NCBI GenBank assembly: GCA_949106495.1
Contig: CARYZD010000005.1
Location: 32,945-96,944, forward strand
From: an uncultured Clostridia bacterium
Lineage (GTDB): Bacteria > Bacillota > Clostridia > TANB77 > CAG-465
Reading direction: 5' to 3'
DNA: 64,000 nt
In this document: positions 1-10,565 of the stretch, piece by piece
How the letters are laid out: every line of letters begins with the position of its first letter
Numbering within the stretch: the stretch's first letter is position 1
The notes under the pieces: generated by a model
What the model saw: the letters and a program-made list of their open reading frames with translations, nothing else
Told to the model about the DNA's origin: nothing
The model's database searches: none
Program-made: the position numbers and the translations under genes

Positions 1-93
1 ATTTTGTCATAATATATAATATAAATAAAATATATTACCCCTATATACAGAAAAATAGTCAAACATTAAATTTGGCTATTTTCTAATTAAAAA

Positions 94-1368
94 CTATTTA
101 TTTTTCTTAGGTCTACCTACACGTCTTTTCTCTTTAGGCTTTTCTTCTTTTTTAGGTCTACCTACTCTTCTTTTAGGTTTTTCTTCTTCAATTGCCTCTT
201 CTTTGTCTTCATCATCTTCTACTTCATTTTCAATTATATCATCTGTATTTTCTTTTTTGTCTTCGTCATCTATATTTTTACCTAATATTTCATCAAGATT
301 TAATTTGTCTATATCTATGTCCTCATCATCTTCTTGTTCTTCTTTAGGATTTAATATAGCTTCTATTTTCTCTTTAACAGTATCCATTGCTGTCATTTCT
401 TTTGCTTTTTCAAATAAGAACTTATCTACTTCATTTTCATCTTCACTTGCAAGTAATTTAGAATATTCTAAATATTCATCTTCAGTAGCTATTGTTCTGT
501 GAACATCATTAACTTTTGTTTTAATCATCATATCATATATTTCTTTAAACATTTTGATATAATCATTTTCATTAACAATTTCTTTTTCAAAACTCTCATC
601 ATATATTTTTAAAACTTTAGTAAAAATCTTATCTATTACTTTAAAATATCTATATGAATTTTTACAAATATTAATAATTAAATTATATTCGTACATATGC
701 TTGTCTATATCCGATTCAATTCCTTTTATCATTGACTCTATAACATATTCTATTAATTCTCTCTCATCAGATGGTAATTTAGATATATCATAATTATCAT
801 TTATATATCCAACATACTCATCTATTCCTTTAAATAAATCTTTATATAGCTCTTCTTTATATTGGTCTGTTTGAATTGCAGTATCAATATCTTCTGCAAT
901 CTTTATAACTTGATTGTATCTTTGAGCTTTTCCTTCGTCTTTTATATTTTGTTTTACTTCATCTATTGCAGAAGAAATAGATAATAAATTAAATTTTATT
1001 TCTTCTTTAGATTTAAATTTAGATTTTGTAACTCTATCGTATTCCATTTCTAAAAATGTTTTTTGAAGTTCTAGTCTTGTGGTTTTATCTGACGAATTAA
1101 TATTGTCTATAATATCATCTGGATAAGACATTTTTAATTCATACATACTTCTTTGCATAATATCATATTGATATTTTACAAAAACAATTTCTCTTAATAT
1201 ATTTTCTTGATAAGTTTTCTTTTCATCACCCTCAGTCTTTCTAATTACAGATAGGTGTTCATCTATTGCCTTATTCATTTTATTCATGTTAAGCATAATT
1301 ACTACGCTTTGTATTACTCTGTCAAAAAAGTTAATTTTCTTTTTTGAACTTACAACTATATCTGCCAT
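94..1368 (-). CDS. hypothetical protein; acidic C-terminal tail followed by two AT-hook-like motifs (RRVGRPKK x2)
   Basis: 424-aa ORF. The C-terminus reads ...EDDEDKEEAIEEEKPKRRVGRPKKEEKPKEKRRVGRPKKNK. No recognisable enzymatic motifs. Confidence 0.45.
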   Translation of the reverse strand: MADIVVSSKKKINFFDRVIQSVVIMLNMNKMNKAIDEHLSVIRKTEGDEKKTYQENILREIVFVKYQYDIMQRSMYELKMSYPDDIIDNINSSDKTTRLELQKTFLEMEYDRVTKSKFKSKEEIKFNLLSISSAIDEVKQNIKDEGKAQRYNQVIKIAEDIDTAIQTDQYKEELYKDLFKGIDEYVGYINDNYDISKLPSDERELIEYVIESMIKGIESDIDKHMYEYNLIINICKNSYRYFKVIDKIFTKVLKIYDESFEKEIVNENDYIKMFKEIYDMMIKTKVNDVHRTIATEDEYLEYSKLLASEDENEVDKFLFEKAKEMTAMDTVKEKIEAILNPKEEQEDDEDIDIDKLNLDEILGKNIDDEDKKENTDDIIENEVEDDEDKEEAIEEEKPKRRVGRPKKEEKPKEKRRVGRPKKNK

Positions 1369-1577
1369 ATAACAACTCTCCCTCTTTTGTTTAGTAATAT
1401 ATTATCTATAAAATTTATTTAACCTTTTACAATCTACTTATATTATATCTTTTTTTTAAATAATTTCAACCCTTTGAGAGTAAAACTTGTAATTTTTGTA
1501 ACATTTTTATTACGTCAGAAACATGGAACTGTAATAATGTAATATTTATTGCCAAATACTGCCAAATTGAACTATTT

Positions 1578-4500
1578 TTAGACTTCTAGGCTCTTTCTAC
1601 AAACACTTGAATATTTACAAAATTCGCAATAATTTTCCTTCTTATTTGGTGCTATTTTAACATTTCCACTAGATAGTTCCTTACCTATATCTTTTAATAC
1701 AGTTTTGGTATTCTCACATAATTTTTCAAATTCATTTTCTTCTAATACTTTACTTGAATTACGTGTAATACTTACTTTACTTACATCAATAAGACACTCA
1801 TTAGAATTTGTTTCAAAGTTTCTATCCATTTTATTTAATATTTCTAAATCTTTTAAAAATATTCCATTCATTTTTAGTTTTTTCATTAACTCTTTTTTTA
1901 TCTTATCATTATTTTGCTCGTACTGTGAAAGTGAAACTAATTTATCCGATAAATTAAAATATACCATTCCAGCAGGAATAATTTTCTCTTGATTTTTATT
2001 TTCCATAAGAGCAATCATATAACTAATTAGTTGCAATGATAATCCTTCTTTTATTTTATCTATTTTTAACTCTTTACTACTAGATTTATAATCAACTACT
2101 CTAATATACATACTGTCTCTTAAATTTAGCATATCTACTCTATCTATTTTACCTATTATTTTCATTACTTTTCCATTGTCAAGCTCTATTTCCATAGGTA
2201 AAAATACACCATTTTCTTTAAATTCAATTTCATATCCATATGGTTCAAATTCACTTTGGTTAAAACCTAACGCAACTACTCTAATTACTTTTTTCATTGT
2301 ATTGGTTAATTTTCTTTTTAAAACCATATACTTTACACTTTGTTTTTGCTTAGACAAATTTTTATCTATAGAATCATAGATAATATCATCTAGTATTTTC
2401 TCGTATTGTGGTTTTAAATTTTCTAAATCTTCTTCTAAAATTTCTCTCCAAGATATATTTTTGTCAAGCAGTGTTTTTGAAAAAGCTTCTAATACTCCAT
2501 GCATAAAACTTCCAAGTTCTAATACATTTAATTTTGCCTCTTTATTTGGACATACTTTTAAAATATATTGCATAAAGTATGAAAAAGGGCATTTTTTATA
2601 CTGTTCAAGCTTACTAACACTTGTTTTAAAACTATCACTATATATAATACTTAAAACTTCACTGTTTAAATTTGAATCATCTTTTTTAAATTCTAATATA
2701 TTTGAATATCTTTCATCATTTTTAAAATACACATAAGCACTATATATTTTAGATATATCATCATTTTCTTTTATATCTCTAATAGATTTAATTAGCCACA
2801 TAAACAATTCATCTTTAGATGTCATCTCATATATATTAGTTATACTATTATCATTTGTAACATCACCTTTTATATATATTTTTGCAATTTGACTAATAAG
2901 TGTTATTAAACTAGATTTTCTTGTTGCTTTACCATCTAAATTTGCAGCAGGTATATATATATATAACTTTTCAGTAATATTATTTAAAGCTTCATATATA
3001 TTAAAATATCCCATGTTTAGCTTACTAATTGTTGTTTCTTTTATATCTATTTGCTTATCTTTTAATTTCTCTAATTCATTATCTGTAAATAATATATCTT
3101 CATCTACTTTTTCTGGAAATTTTCCTTCAACAACCCCAATAAAGAAAGCAATTTTTTTAGATTCAGTTTTTGTAACATTAATATCTACAAGCTCTATTTT
3201 GTCTTTAGTTGGTGGTATTGTTTTTATTTTTATATCTTTTACAACTAGATTAAAAATATTACTAAATTCTTCTATATTAAGCTCTTCATCTTTATATATT
3301 TTTACTATTGAGTCAAATACATCAATAAGTGATTTCCAAACTTGACCTTCAAAATTATTTATATCTAAACTAAATGTATCTTGCTTTAATGGTTCAATTA
3401 ATTTTAAATAATTTTCAAATATATTATTTTCCTTTAAATGTACATATATTTTTTCTATTATATCTTTTGCTGTACCTGATTTAATATCTAATACAAAAGA
3501 ATACATTGATACAATTTTATCTTTTATATTATTTAAGTTTTCTATATCATAAGTATTTTTTTCGTTATTAAGTTCAAATTTCTTATCTACTAAGTATTTA
3601 TTTACATTAAATTCATTCATATAGTTTTCAAGTAAATATATATCTTTTAAATCTATATCTGTTATTCCTTGTTTTAAAATATTAAAAATAAGTTCTAGAT
3701 TTAATCCTTTAACAGATAAGTTTAATAATCCTTGTATATATTTAGTTAAAATCGAATCTGCTATACTCTTACTTTTTGAAACATATATTTCTAAATTATT
3801 TGCGTAAAAAATTCTAGATATTACTTTTTCATATTCATCTGGTTTTGTAGTATATATTGCAAAATCTGAATACTTATATCCTTCTTTTATTTTTTGAGCT
3901 ATGTTTTTGGCAACAGCTTCTATTTCTTTTAAAATATTTGTATGTATCATTATTTCAAAATTTTGAGTTTCTATTTTTTCATTTTTGTCATTAGTATTTG
4001 AAAATAAGTTATTTGCTACATATTTTAAATCTTCTTTTGCATTAGATTTATTCTCATATTTTACAATATTTTCTAGTGAGATATTGTTTTTATCTGCTAG
4101 AGTACAAATTCTTTTATATGTTTTATTTGGAGTTTCAAAAATACTTGAAGAAATATATATATCTTCAATTCTTGAAATATCTGTATTTAAAGATAGTGTA
4201 ATATCTATTCTTTTTTTCATTAACATATCTATAAACTTATATTCACTATTTGAAAAGTTATTATATCCATCAAAATATATAGATAAATTTTTATTATCCC
4301 TAAACCATTCACTTTTTTCTATATTAGCTAAGAACATATCCATCTCTTCAACACTATCTATATATACAGTTGTAATTTTTTCTAAATATTTTTCATAAAC
4401 AGATAATATCTCACTAAATTTAGAATCTGTTCTTTTATCTCCTGTTTTTAGATTAAAATAATCTGCTATATCTATTTCACTTTTTCTAAGTAAATCCATA

Positions 4501-4868
4501 TATATATCTAATATATCTAAAAAGCCTGGGTACTTTTTTACTTTCTTAAAAATATTAAATAATTCTGAATTTTCTTTTATTACTTGAGTAAGTATTATTT
4601 TTCTATCAAGTTTAGACATATATTTATCTTCTATATGTAAATTTTGAAGCTTTAATTCCGTAGAAATAAATTCTGAAATGGTGGTAATGTTTACCCCTAT
4701 TACTCCAGATTTATTTAGTATTTTCATGTATTCTTCTTCTGCTTTAGCTCTTGATTGTGATGGAACAAACAATATTACTTTTTTATCTTCTTTTAAATCT
4801 TGTTCAATCATTTGATATATATGAGTTGTTTTTCCTGTTTTAGATTTTCCTAAAATACAATTAATCAT
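1578..4868 (-). CDS. addB: ATP-dependent helicase/nuclease subunit B (AddB/RexB)
   Basis: 1096 aa. N-terminal Walker A GKSKTGKT followed by ILFVPSQ, the AddB pattern. C-terminal nuclease motif GKIDRVD. A four-Cys Fe-S cluster (C...CEFCKYSSVC) as in Bacillus AddB. Confidence 0.85.
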   Translation of the reverse strand: MINCILGKSKTGKTTHIYQMIEQDLKEDKKVILFVPSQSRAKAEEEYMKILNKSGVIGVNITTISEFISTELKLQNLHIEDKYMSKLDRKIILTQVIKENSELFNIFKKVKKYPGFLDILDIYMDLLRKSEIDIADYFNLKTGDKRTDSKFSEILSVYEKYLEKITTVYIDSVEEMDMFLANIEKSEWFRDNKNLSIYFDGYNNFSNSEYKFIDMLMKKRIDITLSLNTDISRIEDIYISSSIFETPNKTYKRICTLADKNNISLENIVKYENKSNAKEDLKYVANNLFSNTNDKNEKIETQNFEIMIHTNILKEIEAVAKNIAQKIKEGYKYSDFAIYTTKPDEYEKVISRIFYANNLEIYVSKSKSIADSILTKYIQGLLNLSVKGLNLELIFNILKQGITDIDLKDIYLLENYMNEFNVNKYLVDKKFELNNEKNTYDIENLNNIKDKIVSMYSFVLDIKSGTAKDIIEKIYVHLKENNIFENYLKLIEPLKQDTFSLDINNFEGQVWKSLIDVFDSIVKIYKDEELNIEEFSNIFNLVVKDIKIKTIPPTKDKIELVDINVTKTESKKIAFFIGVVEGKFPEKVDEDILFTDNELEKLKDKQIDIKETTISKLNMGYFNIYEALNNITEKLYIYIPAANLDGKATRKSSLITLISQIAKIYIKGDVTNDNSITNIYEMTSKDELFMWLIKSIRDIKENDDISKIYSAYVYFKNDERYSNILEFKKDDSNLNSEVLSIIYSDSFKTSVSKLEQYKKCPFSYFMQYILKVCPNKEAKLNVLELGSFMHGVLEAFSKTLLDKNISWREILEEDLENLKPQYEKILDDIIYDSIDKNLSKQKQSVKYMVLKRKLTNTMKKVIRVVALGFNQSEFEPYGYEIEFKENGVFLPMEIELDNGKVMKIIGKIDRVDMLNLRDSMYIRVVDYKSSSKELKIDKIKEGLSLQLISYMIALMENKNQEKIIPAGMVYFNLSDKLVSLSQYEQNNDKIKKELMKKLKMNGIFLKDLEILNKMDRNFETNSNECLIDVSKVSITRNSSKVLEENEFEKLCENTKTVLKDIGKELSSGNVKIAPNKKENYCEFCKYSSVCRKSLEV

Positions 4869-4869
4869 A

Positions 4870-5445
4870 TTACTCCTCTATTTTTTCTTCATCTTTTGTT
4901 GTATCTTCGTAATCTGATACTAGCATTTGTTCATCTTTTATTTTTATATTTTCGTAATTTGGAAGTTCTTCTACACTATTTATACCACATGAACGTAAAA
5001 ACTCATTTGACACACTGTATGCAGCTGGTCTTCCAGGTAAATTAAGTCTTGCAACTTCTTCAATAAGTCCACATTCTAAAAGTCTACTTACTGCAAAGTC
5101 ACTATTTACTCCTCTAATGTTTTCTATTTCAGTTTTGGTAATTTTAGGATTATATGCAATTATTGCTAAAGTTTCTTGTGCTGATATAGATAAGTTTTGT
5201 CTTTTGGCATTTTCCACAAATTTATTTACTTGCTCATAATATTTATTATTTGTAACAAGTTGTATCATTCCGTTAATATCTATTAACTTTACACCATTAT
5301 TTTCTGTATATCTATTCTTTAAATTATCCACACTTTTAATAATCTCTTCTTCATTTATTTCTAATGTTTTTGCTAACTCTTCTGTAGTTATTTCTCTACC
5401 AAGTGCAAATAGTATTGCTTCCATTACATTTTCTAAATTTTCCAT
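4870..5445 (-). CDS. scpB: segregation and condensation protein B (ScpB-like)
   Basis: 191 aa. Tandem winged-helix pattern similar to B. subtilis ScpB (ILFALGREITTEELAKTL ... LAIIAYNPKITKTEIENIRGVNSDFAVSRLLECGLIEEV). RBS AGGAGAG upstream. Its stop lies 1 nt from the addB start codon. Confidence 0.75.
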   Translation of the reverse strand: MENLENVMEAILFALGREITTEELAKTLEINEEEIIKSVDNLKNRYTENNGVKLIDINGMIQLVTNNKYYEQVNKFVENAKRQNLSISAQETLAIIAYNPKITKTEIENIRGVNSDFAVSRLLECGLIEEVARLNLPGRPAAYSVSNEFLRSCGINSVEELPNYENIKIKDEQMLVSDYEDTTKDEEKIEE

Positions 5446-5570
5446 ATTCTCTCTCCTATCTTTTTTATTAGATTATATCAAAAAGAATATTATTTTTAAA
5501 GGGTTTTATTAAGAAATAATTATTACACATATTGTACTTATTTTTGTTATAATATATAATTAAATTAACA

Positions 5571-6083
5571 TTGGAGGTATATATGAAAAATAAAAAAATC
5601 ATAATAATATGTTTAAGTATACTTGTTATTATAGCTACAATTTTTCTTACTTTTGTACTTATAGAAGATTATCTTCCTAAAAAGCAAGTAAAATTACCAG
5701 AAAATGAAAGTGTTCAAATATCAACTCTAAAAGAAATTTATGAAGATTTTATATCTCAATTTGAAAATCTAAAAAATTCAACTATTACTTTTGAAGATAA
5801 TGCTTTTTTAAATTTAGTAACAAGGCAAAAATTTAGTGAAAAAAGTATAGAAGAATTAAATTCTGTTGTAAAAGATTATAATGGTGATGACTCTATCTGT
5901 ACTGTATCAGTTAAATATTCAAATGGAATACTTGAACTAACAGTAAATGAATATATTGGAGTATATTCATATAACAATTATACAGGAACAACTACATATA
6001 CATTAGAATTTAAAAATAATAAGATAAATTATACTAGAGGAAAAACAATGTCGACTTTTAATGATTTTGCACCTCAAGAATAA
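5571..6083 (+). CDS. hypothetical membrane-anchored protein (N-terminal TM helix)
   Basis: 170-aa ORF with RBS GGAGG. A hydrophobic N-terminal segment is followed by a soluble domain. The true start may be the Met at 5583. Confidence 0.4.
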   Translation: MEVYMKNKKIIIICLSILVIIATIFLTFVLIEDYLPKKQVKLPENESVQISTLKEIYEDFISQFENLKNSTITFEDNAFLNLVTRQKFSEKSIEELNSVVKDYNGDDSICTVSVKYSNGILELTVNEYIGVYSYNNYTGTTTYTLEFKNNKINYTRGKTMSTFNDFAPQE

Positions 6084-6103
6084 ATATAAGTTAATTTAGT
6101 TAA

Positions 6104-6150
6104 AAAAATGAGATTTAAGTTTTATTTTTACTTAAATCTCATTTTAATTT
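6104..6150. terminator. intrinsic terminator hairpin, bidirectional
   Basis: Perfect inverted repeat aaatgagatttaagt / acttaaatctcattt, flanked by an A-run on one side and a T-run on the other. It lies after the stop of the 5571..6083 gene. Confidence 0.6.
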
Positions 6151-6473
6151 CTATTATTTGTTAGACAATATTATTTTAATTTTTTGATTTCTTTTATTTC
6201 TAAATTTAATAATGACGATAAAAACTCTCTTAAAAATTTTTCATTTCCTTTATGGGCAAATATTCTTTTAAATACTATATCTATTTTTACTGATAATTTA
6301 TTTTCTTCTATCACTTGATATCCTTTCCAAGGATATAACAAATTTGTGTATATTTCAATATTGAATTATTCTTTTTTACTTTTTAGATTAAATTTATTTT
6401 TAGATTTAATATTCATGAACAATAAAATTATATAACTCAAAGTTTAATATGTAAATACTTTATTACCTTATCA

Positions 6474-6770
6474 TTATTTTCTTTTTGTATTAACAAATGT
6501 ATTGTATATTATTACTCCAATCAATACTAAATAAAGTATTAAAATTATTATTGCCTCTATATTTAAAGAAATAATTTTTCCAACAAAAAACGCTATTTCA
6601 CTAGTTGTTAGATAATTTCTATTTAATGCAAATATAAAAGACCATATTGGTAGTATCAAAGACAAAATACTTTGTAATAATCCAAATATCTTATTTTTCT
6701 TTGTAATAGTCACAATAATTCCAAATATAAAGCTAACTATTAACACTATCCAATAAATTCCCCATAACAT
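6474..6770 (-). CDS. small hypothetical membrane protein (about 3 TM helices)
   Basis: 98-aa hydrophobic ORF. RBS-like GGAGGTAG upstream. Confidence 0.35.
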   Translation of the reverse strand: MLWGIYWIVLIVSFIFGIIVTITKKNKIFGLLQSILSLILPIWSFIFALNRNYLTTSEIAFFVGKIISLNIEAIIILILYLVLIGVIIYNTFVNTKRK

Positions 6771-6921
6771 ATACTCTACCTCCTACAATCTTATAACAAA
6801 TTTATATCTATAATAAAACATAATTATAAGGAAATTAACAATACTTAATTTCCATTTAATATTTAAAATAAAAAACATCTGTTATTTTAGTTTTTTTACA
6901 GTTAAAAACACTTTTTCTTCC

Positions 6922-6950
6922 TTGTCTTTAATATACTTTTATGTTATAAT
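6922..6950 (+). promoter_or_regulatory. putative sigma-A promoter upstream of clpE (TTGTCT-17 nt-TATAAT)
   Basis: -35-like TTGTCT at 6922-6927 and -10 TATAAT at 6945-6950 with a 17-nt spacer, about 40 nt upstream of the clpE RBS. Confidence 0.35.
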
Positions 6951-6988
6951 CTTTATATTATTTTAATAATAAAATAATAGTATAGGAG

Positions 6989-9334
6989 ATGATAAAAAAT
7001 ATGCTATGTTCTGTATGCAAAAAAAATCTTGCTGTAGTATTTATTAACAAACTAGATAAAGAAGGTAAATCTACAGGCGAAACTACAGGATTATGTATTG
7101 AATGTGCTAAAAAACAAGGTATAGATCCTCTTGCTAATATTATGAAAGAAATGTCTAATATGAATGAGGAAGATTTAGAAAGCATGTCTAGTCAATTTGA
7201 TAGTATGCTTGGTTCTTTAGATGGAATAAATGAGCTTTCAGGTTTAGATGATGATGATGAAAATAAATCTAATAGCTTAGGAAATATATTTGGTAATATC
7301 TTACCTTTTGCTAAAAATAATAGTAAAAAAGAAGAAACAAACAATACAAAAAATGATAAAACTAAAAAGAATAAAAAAACAAAATATTTAGATACATTTG
7401 GTGAAAACCTAACAGAAAAAGCAAGACAAGACAAATTAGATAAAGTTATTGGTAGAGACATAGAACTACAAAGAATGATACAAATTTTAAATCGTCGTTC
7501 TAAAAACAACCCTGCTCTAATTGGTGAACCTGGTGTTGGTAAAACAGCAGTTATTAATGCTTTAGCTATGAAAATTGTTGCAGGTGAAGTTCCAGGCAAA
7601 TTAATAAACAAAGAAGTTTATTTAATAGATATGACCTCTCTTGTTGCTGGTACTCAATTTAGAGGACAATTTGAATCAAGAGTTAAAGGTTTAATTGATG
7701 AATGTAAATCTTTAGGAAATGTAATTCTTGCAATAGACGAAGTTCATAACATTGTTGGTGGTCTTGAGCATGATAACTCAATGAACGCTGCAAATATGCT
7801 AAAGCCAGCTCTAGCTAATGGTTCTGTACAATTAATTGGTGCCACTACTCTAAAAGAATATAGACAATATATTGAAAAAGATAGTGCATTAGAAAGAAGA
7901 TTTCAACCAGTTATGGTAGATGAGCCAAATGAAGAAGACTGCTTTAAAATATTAAAAGGTATTAAAGGATATTATGAGAATTTCCATAAAGTAACAATAC
8001 CTGATGATACAATTAGATATGCTGTTAATTTATCTTGCAAATATATACATGATAGATTTCTACCAGATAAAGCAATTGACCTTTTAGACGAGGCTTGTGC
8101 TAGAGTTAACCTTGAAGATTTAAATCTTGCTAAAATTGAAAAACTTCAAAAAGAACTTGATGAAGCTATTGCTCAAGAACAAGAAATTCAAGAAGAGCTT
8201 GCTAAAGCTGCAGATGTTCAAGAAAATCCTGGTAACTCAGATAACTCTGTTTACGAGAGAGCTGCAAAAAATAAAGAAATTAAATGTAAGTTAAAAACTA
8301 CACTTGATGAACTTATTGCAAATTCTAAACCACAAGAAGTTACTTATGATAATATAGCTCAAGTTGTTGAACTATGGACTAAAATTCCAGTAATGAGAAT
8401 AAAAACCTCAGATACTGAAAAACTACTTTCATTAAAAGAAAATTTATCTAAAAAAATTATTGGTCAAGATTACGCAATAAACAAATTGTCTAGTGCAATA
8501 CTTAGAAAAAGAGCTAATATTACTTCAACTAAAAGACCTCCATCATTTATATTTGTTGGACCTACTGGTGTTGGTAAAACAGCTCTTGTAAAATCACTTG
8601 CATATGAACTTTTTGATAATGAAGATGCAGTTATTAAGCTGGATATGTCTGAATATATGGAATCTAATTCTACTTCAAAATTAATTGGCTCTCCTCCAGG
8701 ATATGTTGGTTATGATGAAGCAGGACAATTAACTGAAAAAATCCGTAGAAATCCTTATAGTATTGTATTATTTGATGAAATTGAAAAAGCACATCCTAGT
8801 GTATATAATATACTACTTCAAATATTAGATGAAGGTATACTTACAGATTCACAAGGAAGAAGTGTTTCTTTCAAACACACTATAATAGTACTTACTTCTA
8901 ATCTTGGAACAAACTTTAAATCTGATGGATATGGTTTTGCTAATATTCATATGGAAAATGAAATGCTTGAGAATAAAACAGCTGAAGCTTTAAAAGAATT
9001 CTTTAGCCCTGAATTTTTAAATAGAATTGATGATATCGTTACATTTAATAAATTAGACGATAAAACAATTCTTAAAATTTCAGAACTTATGATTAAAGAA
9101 TTACAAGAGGATACAAAAACTAAAAATATACTATTTGAATACACACCAGAAGTTGTTAAATTTATTGCTGATAGAGGTCATAGTGATAAATTTGGTGCAA
9201 GACCTTTAAGACGTGCTATTCAAACATATATTGAAGACATACTTGCAATTGGATTTATTAAAAATGAAATTAAAGAAGATAAAGTTTATACTTTAGATGT
9301 AGATAAAAAGAATAATACAATTGTTATTAAATAA
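6989..9334 (+). CDS. clpE: ATP-dependent Clp protease ATP-binding subunit ClpE (N-terminal zinc ribbon, two AAA+ modules)
   Basis: N-terminal CxxC...CxxC (MLCSVCKK...GLCIECAKKQG), the ClpE hallmark. D1 has GEPGVGKT/IDEVH; D2 has GPTGVGKT, LFDEIEKAH and GARPLRR. The start may be the Met at 7001. Confidence 0.85.
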   Translation: MIKNMLCSVCKKNLAVVFINKLDKEGKSTGETTGLCIECAKKQGIDPLANIMKEMSNMNEEDLESMSSQFDSMLGSLDGINELSGLDDDDENKSNSLGNIFGNILPFAKNNSKKEETNNTKNDKTKKNKKTKYLDTFGENLTEKARQDKLDKVIGRDIELQRMIQILNRRSKNNPALIGEPGVGKTAVINALAMKIVAGEVPGKLINKEVYLIDMTSLVAGTQFRGQFESRVKGLIDECKSLGNVILAIDEVHNIVGGLEHDNSMNAANMLKPALANGSVQLIGATTLKEYRQYIEKDSALERRFQPVMVDEPNEEDCFKILKGIKGYYENFHKVTIPDDTIRYAVNLSCKYIHDRFLPDKAIDLLDEACARVNLEDLNLAKIEKLQKELDEAIAQEQEIQEELAKAADVQENPGNSDNSVYERAAKNKEIKCKLKTTLDELIANSKPQEVTYDNIAQVVELWTKIPVMRIKTSDTEKLLSLKENLSKKIIGQDYAINKLSSAILRKRANITSTKRPPSFIFVGPTGVGKTALVKSLAYELFDNEDAVIKLDMSEYMESNSTSKLIGSPPGYVGYDEAGQLTEKIRRNPYSIVLFDEIEKAHPSVYNILLQILDEGILTDSQGRSVSFKHTIIVLTSNLGTNFKSDGYGFANIHMENEMLENKTAEALKEFFSPEFLNRIDDIVTFNKLDDKTILKISELMIKELQEDTKTKNILFEYTPEVVKFIADRGHSDKFGARPLRRAIQTYIEDILAIGFIKNEIKEDKVYTLDVDKKNNTIVIK

Positions 9335-9376
9335 TGAAAATAAACTCTTTGATTTTTCAAAGAGTTTATTTTTCTA

Positions 9377-10510
9377 TTACTCAACTGGTTCAGAAGAATA
9401 CCAATAATAGTTTCCAACTGAATCTAATTTAAATGTATGTTTATATTTTCTTCCATTACTTTCTAAATAAGAATTTAATAATTCTTCTTTTGTTTTATTT
9501 TCAAATTTACTTTCTCCATCAATAAATTCTTCTAAAATATTAGACTTAACTACATTCTTTTGTTCAGCATCATTATATATACTCCACTTATTCCCTTCTG
9601 GTCCATAACTTGTGCTACTAGCTGCAATAAATAAATCATATATATATATTTCGCTTCCATCATCATTTTGGTCACAATTTGATATTTTAGTTTTATAGAT
9701 AAAACTACTACCACCACCACCTTGATAACTATGACCATAAAAGCAATTATCTTCTGCTACATATTCATAAACATACCCCAAATGAGTCTCTACATCAATT
9801 AAAGGTACTTCTTTATCTACACCATATACACTTTGATATGCTCTTGTTACATCATCAATTTTAAACATATCAACACTATAATTTCCATTACTTGTATACA
9901 TTTCATAATCAAATTTATTATCTAGTTTATCTTTAATATTATCAACACTTTTAAATTCTGGTTTACAATTCATAAAAATAAATAATAATCTTTCATTATC
10001 TGATAAAGTATCGTAATTTGTAATATCATTATTATATACTAGTGTTGTAAGACTAATTTTAGAAAGTTTTTTATACAACATATTAATGAAATCTCCATTT
10101 GGTGATAAATTTAATTTTACTTTTCCTTTCTCATCTTCTTTTTGATTATTATCTGTTTCTTCTACATTGTTTTGTGGTTCATCATATACATCTACCTTTT
10201 TATTTTCTTTATAAATATAAAAAGATAATAAAACTATTGTGGCTATAAGAGCACCAATTAAAATTAAAAGAATAGATGTAAAAATACTTGGTTTTCTATA
10301 CTCTACAACTATTTCCCTATCACCTTTTCTTTTATTTTCATCTTTCTTTTCCACATATTTAATTTTTTCTTCTTTTTTTGTTACTTCTTTTACTGTATTC
10401 TTTGTTACATTATTTATTTCTGTATTATTAATTATTTCTTTATTTACTTCATTTTGTTCTGGATTATTTTCATTTTCTTCTAAATTATTGTTTGAATTAT
10501 TTTCATCCAT
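9377..10510 (-). CDS. hypothetical single-pass membrane protein with N/E-rich cytoplasmic N-terminus and extracellular domain
   Basis: 377 aa. Low-complexity N-terminus, one hydrophobic helix (IFTSILLILIGALIATIVLLSFYIY), then a C-terminal soluble domain. Confidence 0.4.
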   Translation of the reverse strand: MDENNSNNNLEENENNPEQNEVNKEIINNTEINNVTKNTVKEVTKKEEKIKYVEKKDENKRKGDREIVVEYRKPSIFTSILLILIGALIATIVLLSFYIYKENKKVDVYDEPQNNVEETDNNQKEDEKGKVKLNLSPNGDFINMLYKKLSKISLTTLVYNNDITNYDTLSDNERLLFIFMNCKPEFKSVDNIKDKLDNKFDYEMYTSNGNYSVDMFKIDDVTRAYQSVYGVDKEVPLIDVETHLGYVYEYVAEDNCFYGHSYQGGGGSSFIYKTKISNCDQNDDGSEIYIYDLFIAASSTSYGPEGNKWSIYNDAEQKNVVKSNILEEFIDGESKFENKTKEELLNSYLESNGRKYKHTFKLDSVGNYYWYSSEPVE

Positions 10511-10565
10511 AAAAATATCCCCCTATATTTTTTAGATTAACATAACCCAAAACAATTTTCAATAC

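Noticed and set aside
203-502. Ser-rich 99-aa plus-strand ORF, and similar antisense ORFs at 1705..1992, 2176..2736, 3013..3345 and 3985..4398
   Set aside because: These overlap longer minus-strand CDSs that have clear motifs. The low-complexity S/F/L-rich composition is typical of antisense reading of K/E/N-rich genes.
6780-6988. Search for a CtsR operator (GGTCAAA-NAN-GGTCAAA) or CIRCE upstream of clpE
   Set aside because: Neither tandem heptad nor CIRCE is visible. Only a plausible sigma-A promoter was found.
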